Assembly: GCA_045580735.1 (NCBI GenBank)
Contig: JAZNOJ010000067.1
Coordinates: forward strand, 1-59,541
Length of the DNA: 59,541 bases
Direction of reading: 5' to 3'
From: Candidatus Egerieisoma sp.
GTDB taxonomy: Bacteria > Bacillota > Clostridia > UBA1212 > UBA1255
Positions within the stretch are counted from its first letter, which is position 1. Every line of letters begins with the position of its first letter. Shown here one piece after another: positions 36,967 through 46,961 of the stretch. The position numbers were made by a program, and so were the translations under genes. Below the pieces are notes generated by a model. It made no database searches. It was not told the origin of the DNA and saw nothing but the letters and a program-made list of their open reading frames with translations.

Positions 36967-37446
36967 ATGAAGAGAGAAGATTATCTTAAATGGGATGAGT
37001 ATTTTATGGGAATTGCGTTGCTTTCAGCAATGAGAAGTAAAGACCCTAATACAGGCGTAGGAGCATGTATTGTTGGAAAGGACAATAGAATTCTATCACT
37101 TGGATATAATGGCATGCCATATGGTTGCTCAGATGATATTTTTCCTTGGGAAAGAGAAGGAGAACCATTAAATACAAAATATATTTATGTTTGCCATGCA
37201 GAGCTTAATGCTATATTGAATTATAATGGAGGTTCTCTAGAGGGAGCAAGAATTTATACGACACTATTTCCGTGTAATGAATGCACAAAGTCAATTATCC
37301 AAAAAGGAATTAAAGAAGTAATTTATATGGAAGATAAATATGCAGATACAGATTCTGTAAAAGCTTCAAAAAAAATGATGGATTCTTCAGGTGTGTTTTA
37401 TAGACAATATGAATCAAATGATAAAAAAATAGAATTAGAATTATAA
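36967..37446 (+). CDS. comEB: dCMP deaminase (ComEB family)
   Basis: WDEYFMGIALLSAMRSKDP, HAELNAI and PCNECTKSII zinc motifs. Confidence 0.85.
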   Translation: MKREDYLKWDEYFMGIALLSAMRSKDPNTGVGACIVGKDNRILSLGYNGMPYGCSDDIFPWEREGEPLNTKYIYVCHAELNAILNYNGGSLEGARIYTTLFPCNECTKSIIQKGIKEVIYMEDKYADTDSVKASKKMMDSSGVFYRQYESNDKKIELEL

Positions 37447-37600
37447 GAATTCTTTAGAAATACATCAGAGATAAATTAATAAAAAAGTGCTAGGCAAAAT
37501 CATTTGAAAGTGGTAGAATAGGCTAATTGCATAAAACAATGTGTTTGTATTGATAAAAGTTTGCAATTAATATTTCAGAGCATAAATAAGGAGTAAGAAA

Positions 37601-39217
37601 ATGAAGGTTATAGTTACTGAAAGTATAGCAATGGAAGGTATAGAACATTTAAAAGCTAAGGGATATGACGTAGATGTTAGATTTGGTATTAGCAGAGATG
37701 ATCTATTAGAGATAATTGACCAGTATGATGCGTTAATTGTAAGAAGCGTTACAAAGGTTAACGAAGAACTTATGAGTAACGGTAAGAATCTTAAAGTAGT
37801 AGGTAGAGCCGGAAATGGTGTAGATAACATAGATTTAAAAGTAGCCACAGAAAAAGGTATTATTGTAGTAAATACACCTGAAAGTAATATTATGGCAGCA
37901 GCAGAGCTTGCTGTAGCTCATGCATATGCAATTTTTAGAAATTTAATACAAGCTGTTTCTGCCGGAAGAAATAAAGATTTCAGACGCGGTAAGTTTATAG
38001 GAAATGAGCTTGATGGCAAGACTGCAGGTATAATTGGTCTTGGAAGAATTGGTTCAATAGTAGCTAAAAAATTAATTGGCTCAAATATGAATGTTGTTGC
38101 CTATGACCCTTACATCGGAGATGATCGTTTTAATCAGCTCGGGGTTAAAAGATGCGCAACCTTAGAAGAACTTCTAAAGCAGGTTGATCTCATTACATTG
38201 CATACACCTAAAACTTCTGAAACATATGGTATTATAGGTGAAAAAGAGCTTGCAATGTGTAAGGACGGAGTTCGTATTGTAAATGCAGCAAGAGGTGGTC
38301 TTGTAAATGAAAAGGCATTATACGATGCTTTAGTTTCAGGTAAGGTTGCAGCAGCGGCACTCGATGTTTTAGATCCTGAACCAAATTACAATAAAGCACC
38401 AGAGGAACAGGATTATGAGAATCCACTTCTTACACTTAATAACTGTATTGTAACGCCACATTTAGGAGCATCTACTGATGAAGCTAACTACAATGTAGGA
38501 ACTGCAGTAACTAAGCTTGTAGGTGAGGCATTAGAGGGACAGATGGTTCCCGCAGTAAATATGCCACAGGTTGGCAGCGGTAAGATTGAGGATGTAAAGC
38601 CATATCTTAATTTAGCCGAAGCATTGGGAGGCATTTATTTCCAAACAAACAAAAAACCTTTAAAGAAAATAGAAATTATTTACAGTGGTGATCTTGCAAA
38701 AGAGGATGTTTCAACAGGACTTTATACACTGTCTGTTATAAAAGGTTTATTAAGTGTAGTTATTCCAACCAGAGTAAATTATGTTAATGCAAAAAATCTT
38801 TTGGAGTCAATGGGTGTAGAAGTAATTGAAAGTAAAACAACTACATTAGAAAAGTATACTAACCTTATAACTGTTAAATTTATAAATGAAGATGACACAT
38901 TGTCTGTTTCTGGAACAGTATTTGCTAAGAGTGAGCTTCGTATAGTGGAATTTTTTGGATATAAGCTTGATTTTGAACCTACAGCTAATGTATTAGCAAT
39001 TCAAAATAAAGATGTTCCTGGAATTATCGGTAAAATAGGAACAGTTTTAGGAAATGCTCAGGTTAATATTGCTGCAGTACAATGGAGCCGTAAGGATATT
39101 GGCGATAAGGCGGAGGCATTTGTAAGTGTTGACCAGCCTGTAGGAGAGGATACTATCAAAGCTTTAGTTGACATAGATGGAGTTACAAAGGTATCAAATA
39201 TTAATTTCTTTAAATAA
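37601..39217 (+). CDS. serA: D-3-phosphoglycerate dehydrogenase, long form with C-terminal ACT domain
   Basis: GIIGLGRIGSIVAKK NAD motif, NAARGGLV, TPHLGAST and a C-terminal ACT-like region (NKDVPGIIGKIGTVLG). Confidence 0.9.
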   Translation: MKVIVTESIAMEGIEHLKAKGYDVDVRFGISRDDLLEIIDQYDALIVRSVTKVNEELMSNGKNLKVVGRAGNGVDNIDLKVATEKGIIVVNTPESNIMAAAELAVAHAYAIFRNLIQAVSAGRNKDFRRGKFIGNELDGKTAGIIGLGRIGSIVAKKLIGSNMNVVAYDPYIGDDRFNQLGVKRCATLEELLKQVDLITLHTPKTSETYGIIGEKELAMCKDGVRIVNAARGGLVNEKALYDALVSGKVAAAALDVLDPEPNYNKAPEEQDYENPLLTLNNCIVTPHLGASTDEANYNVGTAVTKLVGEALEGQMVPAVNMPQVGSGKIEDVKPYLNLAEALGGIYFQTNKKPLKKIEIIYSGDLAKEDVSTGLYTLSVIKGLLSVVIPTRVNYVNAKNLLESMGVEVIESKTTTLEKYTNLITVKFINEDDTLSVSGTVFAKSELRIVEFFGYKLDFEPTANVLAIQNKDVPGIIGKIGTVLGNAQVNIAAVQWSRKDIGDKAEAFVSVDQPVGEDTIKALVDIDGVTKVSNINFFK

Positions 39218-39283
39218 TTATTTTTTGTACTGATTATTTGTAGTGTATAGCAATTCAAAATATTTTAAAGAAAGGTTTTATTT

Positions 39284-40261
39284 ATGAATATAGAGAGCTT
39301 AAATACAAGCACAATTCTTTCTCAAATAATAATATTGTATGTTTTGATTGCAATAGGCTTTATCGCTGGAAAGACCGGATACCTTCCTAATACATCAGGT
39401 ACGGTAATATCCAAGCTTGTTATGAGAGTAACTATGCCAGCGCTTATTTTAAGTAAAATGTTGTCTGCTGATTTTTCAGCAGACAATTATTTTGATGGAA
39501 TCAAGCTCATAATAATTGCAGTTGTATTTTTTTTATTGGTTTTTTCTTTAACGAGACCTTTTACGCATATTATGAAAATTCCTGATAAATCCAGAAATGT
39601 GTACTCAATTCAAACACTCTTTGGAAATGTAATATTTTTTGCTTTTCCATTATTTCAGGCATTGTTTGGCGATATAGGTGTTATCTATGCATTGTTTTTT
39701 AATATAGGAAATGACTTGCTTTTGTGGACTTTAGGCATATATTTGGCAGGAAAGCACAAAGGAAGTAACGCCGGAAACGTGCTAAGACATATATTTAATC
39801 CTAATATGATAATGTTTATAATCGGAATAGTTCTTGTAGTAACAGGTTTTAATGCTAAGCTTGAGGATACTGTTTTATATGAGGCATCAAGCATGATTGG
39901 CGGCGCTACAAGTCCTCTTTCTATGATATTTATTGGATTGGTTTTAGCAAATTCAAAGGGCTTTTTCAAAAATTTTGGAAAGAAAATGATTACTGTAGTT
40001 ATGGCAATACAAAAACAGCTAGTGGTTCCAATTTTGACCGGATTGATGCTTTTGTTTGCGGTGCATATGGGATGGATTTCAAGTGTAGTAATGATGGTTG
40101 CAGTATTACAGCTTGCAATGCCGGTCGGCACATTAACTGTTTCTATTGCAGCGGAATATGATTCAGACTATGAGATGGCTGCTGATGGTGTATTTATATC
40201 GACGCTTTTTTCTATAGTTACTCTTCCTTTTATCGCGTATTTATTGCGTTTGGTTTTGTGA
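39284..40261 (+). CDS. AEC (auxin efflux carrier) family transporter
   Basis: 325 aa, about 10 TM segments. The N-terminal ILSQIIILYVLIAIGFIAGK pattern is typical of the family. Confidence 0.75.
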   Translation: MNIESLNTSTILSQIIILYVLIAIGFIAGKTGYLPNTSGTVISKLVMRVTMPALILSKMLSADFSADNYFDGIKLIIIAVVFFLLVFSLTRPFTHIMKIPDKSRNVYSIQTLFGNVIFFAFPLFQALFGDIGVIYALFFNIGNDLLLWTLGIYLAGKHKGSNAGNVLRHIFNPNMIMFIIGIVLVVTGFNAKLEDTVLYEASSMIGGATSPLSMIFIGLVLANSKGFFKNFGKKMITVVMAIQKQLVVPILTGLMLLFAVHMGWISSVVMMVAVLQLAMPVGTLTVSIAAEYDSDYEMAADGVFISTLFSIVTLPFIAYLLRLVL

Positions 40262-40340
40262 TTAAAAAGCTTTTTGAGTATAAACGGTGCATAACAGCTT
40301 GTTTTTGTGCTACATGAAGATGTTATTTTTTTGATAAAAT

Positions 40341-40415
40341 GTCCCGGTGGTTTAATGGATAAGATAATAGACTCCGACTCTGTTGATATGGGTTCGATTC
40401 CCGTCCGGGATACCA
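40341..40415 (+). tRNA. tRNA-Arg (anticodon CCG), CCA encoded
   Basis: Hand-folded cloverleaf. Acceptor stem: GTCCCGG / CCGGGAT. D arm contains GG. Anticodon stem: ATAGA / TCTGT with loop CT-CCG-AC. T arm: ATGGG-TTCGATT-CCCGT. Discriminator A followed by CCA. Confidence 0.85.
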
Positions 40416-40420
40416 TTTTA

Positions 40421-40449
40421 AGGGATTGCTTAAAGCAGTCCCTTTTTTA
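40421..40449 (+). terminator. Rho-independent terminator after the tRNA
   Basis: Stem AGGGATTGC (40421-40429) / GCAGTCCCT (40435-40443, one G-U pair) followed by T6. Confidence 0.75.
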
Positions 40450-40464
40450 GTTTTGGAGTGATTA

Positions 40465-41169
40465 ATGATGTGGGATTTTACAGAGAGAACAGAGCTTTTG
40501 ATTGGTAAAGAGGCAGTTAAAGCTTTAATGGATAAAAATGTGATTGTCTTTGGTGTTGGTGGTGTAGGTTCTTATTGTGCAGAAGCGCTTGCAAGAGCAG
40601 GAATCGGAAAATTGACATTGGTAGATGGTGACAAGGTTAGCTTATCAAATATTAATAGGCAATTGGTTGCGCTTCATAGTACTGTCGGTGAAAATAAATG
40701 TGATGTAATGAAAAAAAGAATTATGGATATAAATCCAAATGCAAATGTAAATGCAATTAATGAATATTTTACAATTGATAATTCAATGGAATTTAATTTT
40801 TCTGATTATGATTATGTTGTTGATGCAATTGATATGGTGACATCAAAAATTCTAATTGCACAAATGGCAAATCAAGCAAATATACCATCTATATGTGCTA
40901 TGGGTGCAGGAAACAGATTAAATTCTACGGGATTTGAGGTTACAGACATTTATAAAACAGAAAATTGTCCACTTGCAAGGGTAATGAGAAGAGAATTAAG
41001 AAAGAGAAATATTACTTCATTGAAAACTGTTTTTTCCCGTGAAGAAACATATAAGGTTTTTAATGACACGCAAAGAACAATAGGAAGTATTTCTTTTGTG
41101 CCAGGAGCCGAGGGGCTTGTTTTAGCAGGAGAGGTAATAAAAGATCTTATTCAACTTTACTTAAAGTAA
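40465..41169 (+). CDS. tcdA: tRNA threonylcarbamoyladenosine dehydratase (ThiF/E1-like)
   Basis: VIVFGVGGVGSYCAEALARAGIGKLTLVDGDKVSLSNINRQ. Confidence 0.8.
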   Translation: MMWDFTERTELLIGKEAVKALMDKNVIVFGVGGVGSYCAEALARAGIGKLTLVDGDKVSLSNINRQLVALHSTVGENKCDVMKKRIMDINPNANVNAINEYFTIDNSMEFNFSDYDYVVDAIDMVTSKILIAQMANQANIPSICAMGAGNRLNSTGFEVTDIYKTENCPLARVMRRELRKRNITSLKTVFSREETYKVFNDTQRTIGSISFVPGAEGLVLAGEVIKDLIQLYLK

Positions 41170-41261
41170 TATTATTGGTATACTTGCTGTGTTTGGTAGA
41201 AGTTTTTATTTATATGATTAAAATGGATAAATAAAATTAATTTATAGAAAGAGGTTGTGTT

Positions 41262-41660
41262 ATGTTAGAAATAGGTTTAAAGGGAAACGAAACGGAAATA
41301 GTAAATGATAAAAATACTGCGGAGGTTTATGGAAGCGGTGATTTACCTGTTTATGCTACTCCGGCAATGATTGGACTTATGGAGTATACTGCTTCGCATA
41401 GTGTACTTGCACATTTACCTGAAGGTCAAAGTACTGTTGGAACTGTTGTAAACGTAAAGCATCTTGCTGCAACACCCTTAGGAATGAAGGTTACTTGCGA
41501 AAGCGAGCTTGTGGAAATTGATAGAAGAAGACTTGTATTTAATGTTAAGGCTTTTGATGAGTGTGGGATTATTGGAGAGGGCATTCATGAAAGATTTATA
41601 ATAGATAAGGAAAAATTTATGGCAAAAACGAATTCTAAAGGTGACGTAAAGAAGGATTAA
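41262..41660 (+). CDS. Hotdog-fold thioesterase family protein
   Basis: 132 aa. The YGSGDLPVYATPAMIGLME ... GEGIHERFII pattern matches small FlK/YbgC-like thioesterases. Confidence 0.65.
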   Translation: MLEIGLKGNETEIVNDKNTAEVYGSGDLPVYATPAMIGLMEYTASHSVLAHLPEGQSTVGTVVNVKHLAATPLGMKVTCESELVEIDRRRLVFNVKAFDECGIIGEGIHERFIIDKEKFMAKTNSKGDVKKD

Positions 41661-41662
41661 TT

Positions 41663-42196
41663 ATGAATTGGGAATTTCAATTGCTAGATTTTATAAGAGA
41701 AACTATGTCCTGTAGCTTTATGGATACATTTATGAGGTGTGTGACATATATTGGTGAAGCTGGATGGTTCTGGATTTTGACGGGTGTTGTATTGCTCTTT
41801 TTTAAAAAAACAAGAAAAATCGGAATCACAATGCTTGGCGCATTAATTTTGAGCTTACTAGTATGTAATGTGACATTGAAGCCTTTAGTAGAAAGAGTAC
41901 GACCATACGACATTAAAGCCGGAATAGATTTAATTATAAAAACTCCTCATGACTATTCTTTTCCTTCAGGACATACATCTGCATCCTTTGCAGGTGCGGT
42001 TGCTATATTAATTTATAATAAAAAATGGGGAATTCCTGCTGTTGTTTTAGCCGCATTAATCGGCTTTACAAGATTGTATTTATATGTTCATTTTCCAACA
42101 GATGTGTTAGCAGGAGCATTAATTGGTTCTGCTTGCGCTGTAGTATCATATTTTGTAGTAAAATTTATTTTCAATAAGATAGAAGCAAAGAGGTGA
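41663..42196 (+). CDS. PAP2-family phosphatase (undecaprenyl-diphosphatase-like)
   Basis: KPLVERVRP, PSGHTS and TRLYLYVHFPTD acid-phosphatase motifs; 4-5 TM segments. Confidence 0.8.
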   Translation: MNWEFQLLDFIRETMSCSFMDTFMRCVTYIGEAGWFWILTGVVLLFFKKTRKIGITMLGALILSLLVCNVTLKPLVERVRPYDIKAGIDLIIKTPHDYSFPSGHTSASFAGAVAILIYNKKWGIPAVVLAALIGFTRLYLYVHFPTDVLAGALIGSACAVVSYFVVKFIFNKIEAKR

Positions 42197-42202
42197 CGAA
42201 TA

Positions 42203-42706
42203 ATGTCAAAATTAAAAAAAATATTGCCTTTAACATTTTTTATTTTGGTAATTATTTGTACTTCTGCCTGTGATCCAAAGGAAAAGGTTTTTTCCAAGGA
42301 TGGTATGAGTATTACACTTACAGATGAATTTGAAGAAAAAGAGTATTACGACTTTAATGCTTATTATGATACTGAGGAAGCACAGGTTTATATAATGAAG
42401 GAGGATTTTAAGCTTCTTGAAGAAAATGATCAGGATACGAATGCATCATTAGAGGAATATGCACAATCAATGATGAAATCCGGTAGTATAGATGCAGAAA
42501 TTAAGAACGAAGATGGTCTTACTTATTTTAATTTTGAAAAGGAATTTCAGGATATTGATGGCAAATATATTCCTTATAAATATTATGCTGTTGTATACAA
42601 GAGTCATGATGCGTATTGGCTATTTCAATTTGCCTGTGAAGAAGCATTATATTCAAAGTATGAAGATATTTTTATAAAATGGGCCAAATCTGTAAAATTT
42701 TATTAA
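42203..42706 (+). CDS. Lipoprotein of unknown function
   Basis: Signal peptide with lipobox ICTSAC. No recognisable catalytic motif. Confidence 0.6.
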   Translation: MSKLKKILPLTFFILVIICTSACDPKEKVFSKDGMSITLTDEFEEKEYYDFNAYYDTEEAQVYIMKEDFKLLEENDQDTNASLEEYAQSMMKSGSIDAEIKNEDGLTYFNFEKEFQDIDGKYIPYKYYAVVYKSHDAYWLFQFACEEALYSKYEDIFIKWAKSVKFY

Positions 42707-42716
42707 TATTATTTGT

Positions 42717-42745
42717 TTGACAAAGAAAGTACTATAAAGTAAAAT
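42717..42745 (+). promoter_or_regulatory. Sigma-A-type promoter
   Basis: TTGACA (42717-42722), 17-nt spacer, TAAAAT (42740-42745). Confidence 0.55.
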
Positions 42746-42776
42746 AGCAATTATCAATAAAAAGGAGGTTTTTTCT

Positions 42777-44057
42777 TTGAAGAAATTTTTCAGTATTTTT
42801 TTAGCAGTATGTATGTTAGCTGCACTTTCTGTGGGTAGCTTCGTAAATGCTGAAGGAAGCGCGGTTGCAATACCTGATAATGGTACGGCTGTAGCTCTTC
42901 CACTTGATCAAGTAGAACTTGAATATGGCTATGAGGTAGAAACTAATTTTGTTATTAGTGATACCATTAGATCAACAATACCAGGAGATGCGGTTATTTG
43001 GGATGTCAACATTTCAAAAGCAGGAAATTACAAAGTATCAATTCCTGTTGCATCAATGGACGGTGAAGGTGTTATAGGCTTGTATGTAAATGGAACAAAG
43101 ACATATACAGCTGGTAACTTTAAAGCATATGGATATGGAAATGCAGAGAACTTCGATAACGTTGCAGAGCTTTATTTTAATGCAGCAGAGGCTGGTACTT
43201 ATGAATTAAAGCTTGCATTCGAATCAATTGGTGCATCTGCAAAGGCTCCAGAGGTTTCATATTTTGAAGGAAATATTCCTGAAGCAGCACCTGTTGATCA
43301 AACAGTTTCTCTTGTTCAATATGATGGCCTTACAAACAATGCTACTAAAGCTTTGCTTTTAGGTAGCACAGGCCCAGCTCATACAGGTGAATTCTATTCA
43401 TGGCAGGTTAATACTGCAGCCGCTTTTAAAGGTCTTTTGATTCCACAATGGACACCAGGCGGTGGAGCTAACCATGTAGTAATTGATGTATCTGTACATA
43501 CATGGACAGGTGATTTTGAAGGAGCTATTGCTGCTGAACCAGTTGTTAAGACAACACTTACAACACCTGGTGACTCAATATTAGTTTGGGATTTTGAAAA
43601 AGAAGTTCCTGCAGGTGAATATGTAATATATGTTAAATTGGTAGAAGTTCAAGGCACAGGACACAGCGATATACACATCAAAACAGGTTTAGGTCTTTAT
43701 GAAGAATATACAGAGGATTACATCTATACTGAGACAGATGCTACTGGTTATGATCCATTTGCTCGTACAGCTATAGCTCATCTTATAGTTGGTCCTGATG
43801 TTGATACAAATCCTGAAAAGTTCTTTGTTGAATTGGGTGCACAGCCTGGTGCAGAGGATGAGGAGCCTACAGAGGAGCCTACTGAAGAGCCTGAAGAGGA
43901 AACAGCTACAAAGAAGCCTGCTCCTACATCAAAGCCAGCTTCATCAAACAATTCATCAGATGATTCAACTATAATTATTGTTGTAGTAGTTGTAGTAGTA
44001 GTTGTAGTTGCAGCTGCTGTTGTAGCAATCATTTTAATCAAAAAGAAAAAGGGCTGA
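42777..44057 (+). CDS. Secreted cell-surface protein with E/P/T-rich linker and C-terminal poly-Val TM anchor
   Basis: TTG start 9 nt after AAAGGAGG. Signal peptide ends AALSVGSFVNA. It has an EEPTEEPTEEPEEE linker and the tail IIIV(10)AAAVVAIILIKKKKG. Confidence 0.7.
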   Translation: MKKFFSIFLAVCMLAALSVGSFVNAEGSAVAIPDNGTAVALPLDQVELEYGYEVETNFVISDTIRSTIPGDAVIWDVNISKAGNYKVSIPVASMDGEGVIGLYVNGTKTYTAGNFKAYGYGNAENFDNVAELYFNAAEAGTYELKLAFESIGASAKAPEVSYFEGNIPEAAPVDQTVSLVQYDGLTNNATKALLLGSTGPAHTGEFYSWQVNTAAAFKGLLIPQWTPGGGANHVVIDVSVHTWTGDFEGAIAAEPVVKTTLTTPGDSILVWDFEKEVPAGEYVIYVKLVEVQGTGHSDIHIKTGLGLYEEYTEDYIYTETDATGYDPFARTAIAHLIVGPDVDTNPEKFFVELGAQPGAEDEEPTEEPTEEPEEETATKKPAPTSKPASSNNSSDDSTIIIVVVVVVVVVVAAAVVAIILIKKKKG

Positions 44058-44086
44058 TAATTAATTCAGACTTTTAGACAAAAAGA

Positions 44087-44120
44087 AATAGGACTGCCCT
44101 ATAGGGTGGTCCTATTTTTT
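44087..44120 (+). terminator. Rho-independent terminator
   Basis: Stem AATAGGAC (44087-44094) / GTCCTATT (44109-44116) with an inner CCCTATAGGG palindrome, followed by a T-run. Confidence 0.7.
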
Positions 44121-44151
44121 GTATCATATTTAAAAATATTTCAAAATTTTG

Positions 44152-44180
44152 ATGACAATTAATTATCAAGGTGATATACT
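44152..44180 (+). promoter_or_regulatory. Probable sigma-A promoter for alaS
   Basis: ATGACA (44152-44157), 17-nt spacer, TGaTATACT (44172-44180). Confidence 0.45.
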
Positions 44181-44230
44181 TATATAGGTTATATATTTTT
44201 AGAAATAATTATTTTTGGGAGTAAGTTTTT

Positions 44231-46867
44231 ATGGAAAAATTAAGTCTTAATACAATCAGAGAAAAATATCTTTCGTTTTTTGAAAGCAAAGGTCATTTAA
44301 GATTGCCAAGTTTTTCACTTGTGCCTCAAAATGATGCTAGCTTATTACTTATAAATAGTGGTATGGCACCACTTAAACCATATTTTACCGGAGCAGAAGT
44401 TCCACCAAGAAGGAGAGTTACAACTTGTCAAAAATGTATAAGAACACCTGATATTGATAATGTAGGTAAGACAGCCAGACATGGTACTTTCTTTGAAATG
44501 TTAGGAAATTTCTCTTTTGGAGACTATTTTAAAAGAGAAGCTATTTCATGGGCATGGGAATTTTTTACAGAAGTAATGGAAATACCTGCAGAGCTTCTTT
44601 ATATAACTGTATACAAAGAAGATGACGAAGCATACGATATATGGACAAAGGAAATAGGTGTCGCAGCCGATCATGTAATTAAAATGGGAAAAGAAGATAA
44701 TTTCTGGGAGCATGGAACCGGACCATGTGGACCATGCTCTGAAATACATTATGATAGAGGCGAAAAATATGGCTGTGGTAAACCTGGTTGTACTGTTGGC
44801 TGTGATTGTGACAGATACATCGAGGTGTGGAATCTAGTATTTACACAATTTGATCGTCAAGAGGATGGCTCTTATAAAAAGCTTGCAAATCCAAATATTG
44901 ATACAGGTATGGGCTTAGAAAGATTGGCTTGTGTTATGCAAGATGTGGACAACCTCTTTGAAGTTGATACAGTTCGTAAGGTTATTGATACAGTATGTGA
45001 AATGTCAGGCAAGGAATATGGTGCAGATTGGAAAACTGATGTATCTATAAGAGTTGTAACAGACCATATTAGAAGTACAGTAATGATGATTAGCGATGGA
45101 GTTGTTCCATCAAACGAAGCTAGAGGTTATGTATTAAGACGTCTTTTAAGAGGTGCAGCACGTCATGGTAAGCTTTTGGGAATTAAAGGTGTCTTCCTTG
45201 AGTCTTTAGCGGATGTCGTTATAGAGCTTTCCGGTGGAGCGTATCCAAATCTTGTTGAAAAGCAGGCATATATTAAAAAAGTAATCAGAATAGAAGAAGA
45301 ACGCTTTGCTGCTACAATAGAACAGGGACTTGCTATTTTATCAGAGCATGTAGAAAAAATGAAACAGGAAGGAAATGCAGATAAAGGTATTTTAGCAGGA
45401 GCGATTGCATTTAAGCTTCATGACACTTATGGATTCCCGATTGATTTAACTAAAGATATATTAGCTGATTATGGTTTTGGTGTTGATGAGGATGGCTTTA
45501 GAAAGGAAATGAGTCACCAAAAGCAAACTGCAAGAGAAAATATGAAAAATAAAGATAGCTCATGGGCGAGCAGTGAAATCGCAGTGCCGGGAGAGTGTCC
45601 GCAAACAATATTTGAGGGGTATGACAAGCTTGAATCAGAAGCTGAGATTTTATATATTCTTCTCCCAGACGGAAGCAGTATCCAAGAAGCAGATGAAGGC
45701 TCAGAGGTTATAATATTAACAGACAGCACACCATTTTATGCGGAAAGTGGTGGACAGGTTGGAGATAAAGGCTCAATAGAAACAGAAAGTGGAACACTAT
45801 TAGTATATTCTGTAAACAAGACGAATGATGGAAAATGGCGCCATATGTGTAAGGTTGCACAAGGAAATATTTGCACACAATCAAAAGCAAAGATGATTGT
45901 AAACAGAAAGCTTAGACTTGCAACAGAGAGAAACCATAGTGCTACCCATCTTCTCCAAAAGGCATTGAGAACAGTTTTAGGAGAGCATGTACATCAGGCC
46001 GGTTCTGCTGTATCTGCTGATAGATTACGTTTTGACTTTAATCATATGCAGGCTCTTACAAAGGCGGAATTAGAACAGGTTGAGGCTCTTGTAAATAACG
46101 CAATAGTATATGATTACGAGGTAAATACAAACGTACTTCCTATTGAAGAAGCTAAAAAGCTTGGTGCTATGGCATTGTTTGGGGAAAAGTATGGAGATAA
46201 TGTAAGAGTAGTTGAAATGGGAGACTACAGCCTTGAATTTTGTGGTGGTACACATGTAAATAATACTGCATCGATTGGACTCTTTAAAATTATTCATGAA
46301 AGTGCTGTTGCTGCAGGTATTAGAAGAATCGAGGCAGTAACTGGTGGTGCTGCAAGAGCAGTATTTATGGCTCAGGAGGATGTACTTAAACAGGTTGCAG
46401 ATGTAACTAAAGCAAATCTTTCAGATGTACCTAACAAGGTTTCAAATCTTTTAGAGCAAAATAAAGCACTCCAAAGGGAAATAGATAAAATGAAACGCGA
46501 AAGCGCTGCGTCAGGAATCGACGATGTATTGTCAAAGGCTAAGGAAATCAATGGTATTACAGTAGTATCAGGAAGATTCGATGAGCTTGACGGAAATAGT
46601 CTTCGTGATATGGCTGATAATTTGCGAGATAAGCTCGATACAGGTGTAGTTATACTAGCTTCTTCATTTGGAGGTAAAGTTTCTATTGTTGCAATGGCAA
46701 CAAAATCTGCATTGGACAAGAAGATTCATTGTGGAAATATAGTGAAAAAAGCAGCTGCTATATGTGGCGGTGGTGGTGGCGGCAGACCTGATATGGCACA
46801 GGCTGGCGGCAAGGAACCAGGTAAAATTGATGAGATGCTTTCAAAAATTGAAGAGCTGTTAGCATAA
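44231..46867 (+). CDS. alaS: Alanine--tRNA ligase
   Basis: 878 aa. N-terminal FFESKGH, FEMLGNFSFGDYFK, HSATHLL editing-domain motif and C-terminal GGGGGRPDMAQAGG. Confidence 0.95.
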   Translation: MEKLSLNTIREKYLSFFESKGHLRLPSFSLVPQNDASLLLINSGMAPLKPYFTGAEVPPRRRVTTCQKCIRTPDIDNVGKTARHGTFFEMLGNFSFGDYFKREAISWAWEFFTEVMEIPAELLYITVYKEDDEAYDIWTKEIGVAADHVIKMGKEDNFWEHGTGPCGPCSEIHYDRGEKYGCGKPGCTVGCDCDRYIEVWNLVFTQFDRQEDGSYKKLANPNIDTGMGLERLACVMQDVDNLFEVDTVRKVIDTVCEMSGKEYGADWKTDVSIRVVTDHIRSTVMMISDGVVPSNEARGYVLRRLLRGAARHGKLLGIKGVFLESLADVVIELSGGAYPNLVEKQAYIKKVIRIEEERFAATIEQGLAILSEHVEKMKQEGNADKGILAGAIAFKLHDTYGFPIDLTKDILADYGFGVDEDGFRKEMSHQKQTARENMKNKDSSWASSEIAVPGECPQTIFEGYDKLESEAEILYILLPDGSSIQEADEGSEVIILTDSTPFYAESGGQVGDKGSIETESGTLLVYSVNKTNDGKWRHMCKVAQGNICTQSKAKMIVNRKLRLATERNHSATHLLQKALRTVLGEHVHQAGSAVSADRLRFDFNHMQALTKAELEQVEALVNNAIVYDYEVNTNVLPIEEAKKLGAMALFGEKYGDNVRVVEMGDYSLEFCGGTHVNNTASIGLFKIIHESAVAAGIRRIEAVTGGAARAVFMAQEDVLKQVADVTKANLSDVPNKVSNLLEQNKALQREIDKMKRESAASGIDDVLSKAKEINGITVVSGRFDELDGNSLRDMADNLRDKLDTGVVILASSFGGKVSIVAMATKSALDKKIHCGNIVKKAAAICGGGGGGRPDMAQAGGKEPGKIDEMLSKIEELLA

Positions 46868-46961
46868 TATGTCGAATGCTTTTTAATTCAGATTATAGGT
46901 AAAGATTATAAAAGTTAAATTAAAATATTTATCTGAAAATATTATACGAGGAGGTAAAATA

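Noticed and set aside
40341-40415. Lone tRNA-Arg as a possible integration hotspot for a mobile element.
   Set aside because: There is no integrase, no direct repeat of the tRNA 3' end, and no phage or ICE genes on either side. Flanking genes are ordinary housekeeping genes.
40168-40416. 82-aa minus-strand ORF (MVSRTGIEPISTESE...) overlapping the 3' end of the AEC transporter gene.
   Set aside because: Its first codons are the reverse complement of the tRNA-Arg T-arm and acceptor stem (GIEP is the classic tRNA shadow translation). The region is explained by the tRNA at 40341-40415.
44058-44230. Possible T-box leader upstream of alaS.
   Set aside because: The region is only ~170 nt. It is accounted for by the upstream gene's terminator plus a promoter. 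I see no specifier-loop or T-box (AGAGA / GGUGGNACC-like) elements and no terminator/antiterminator pair.
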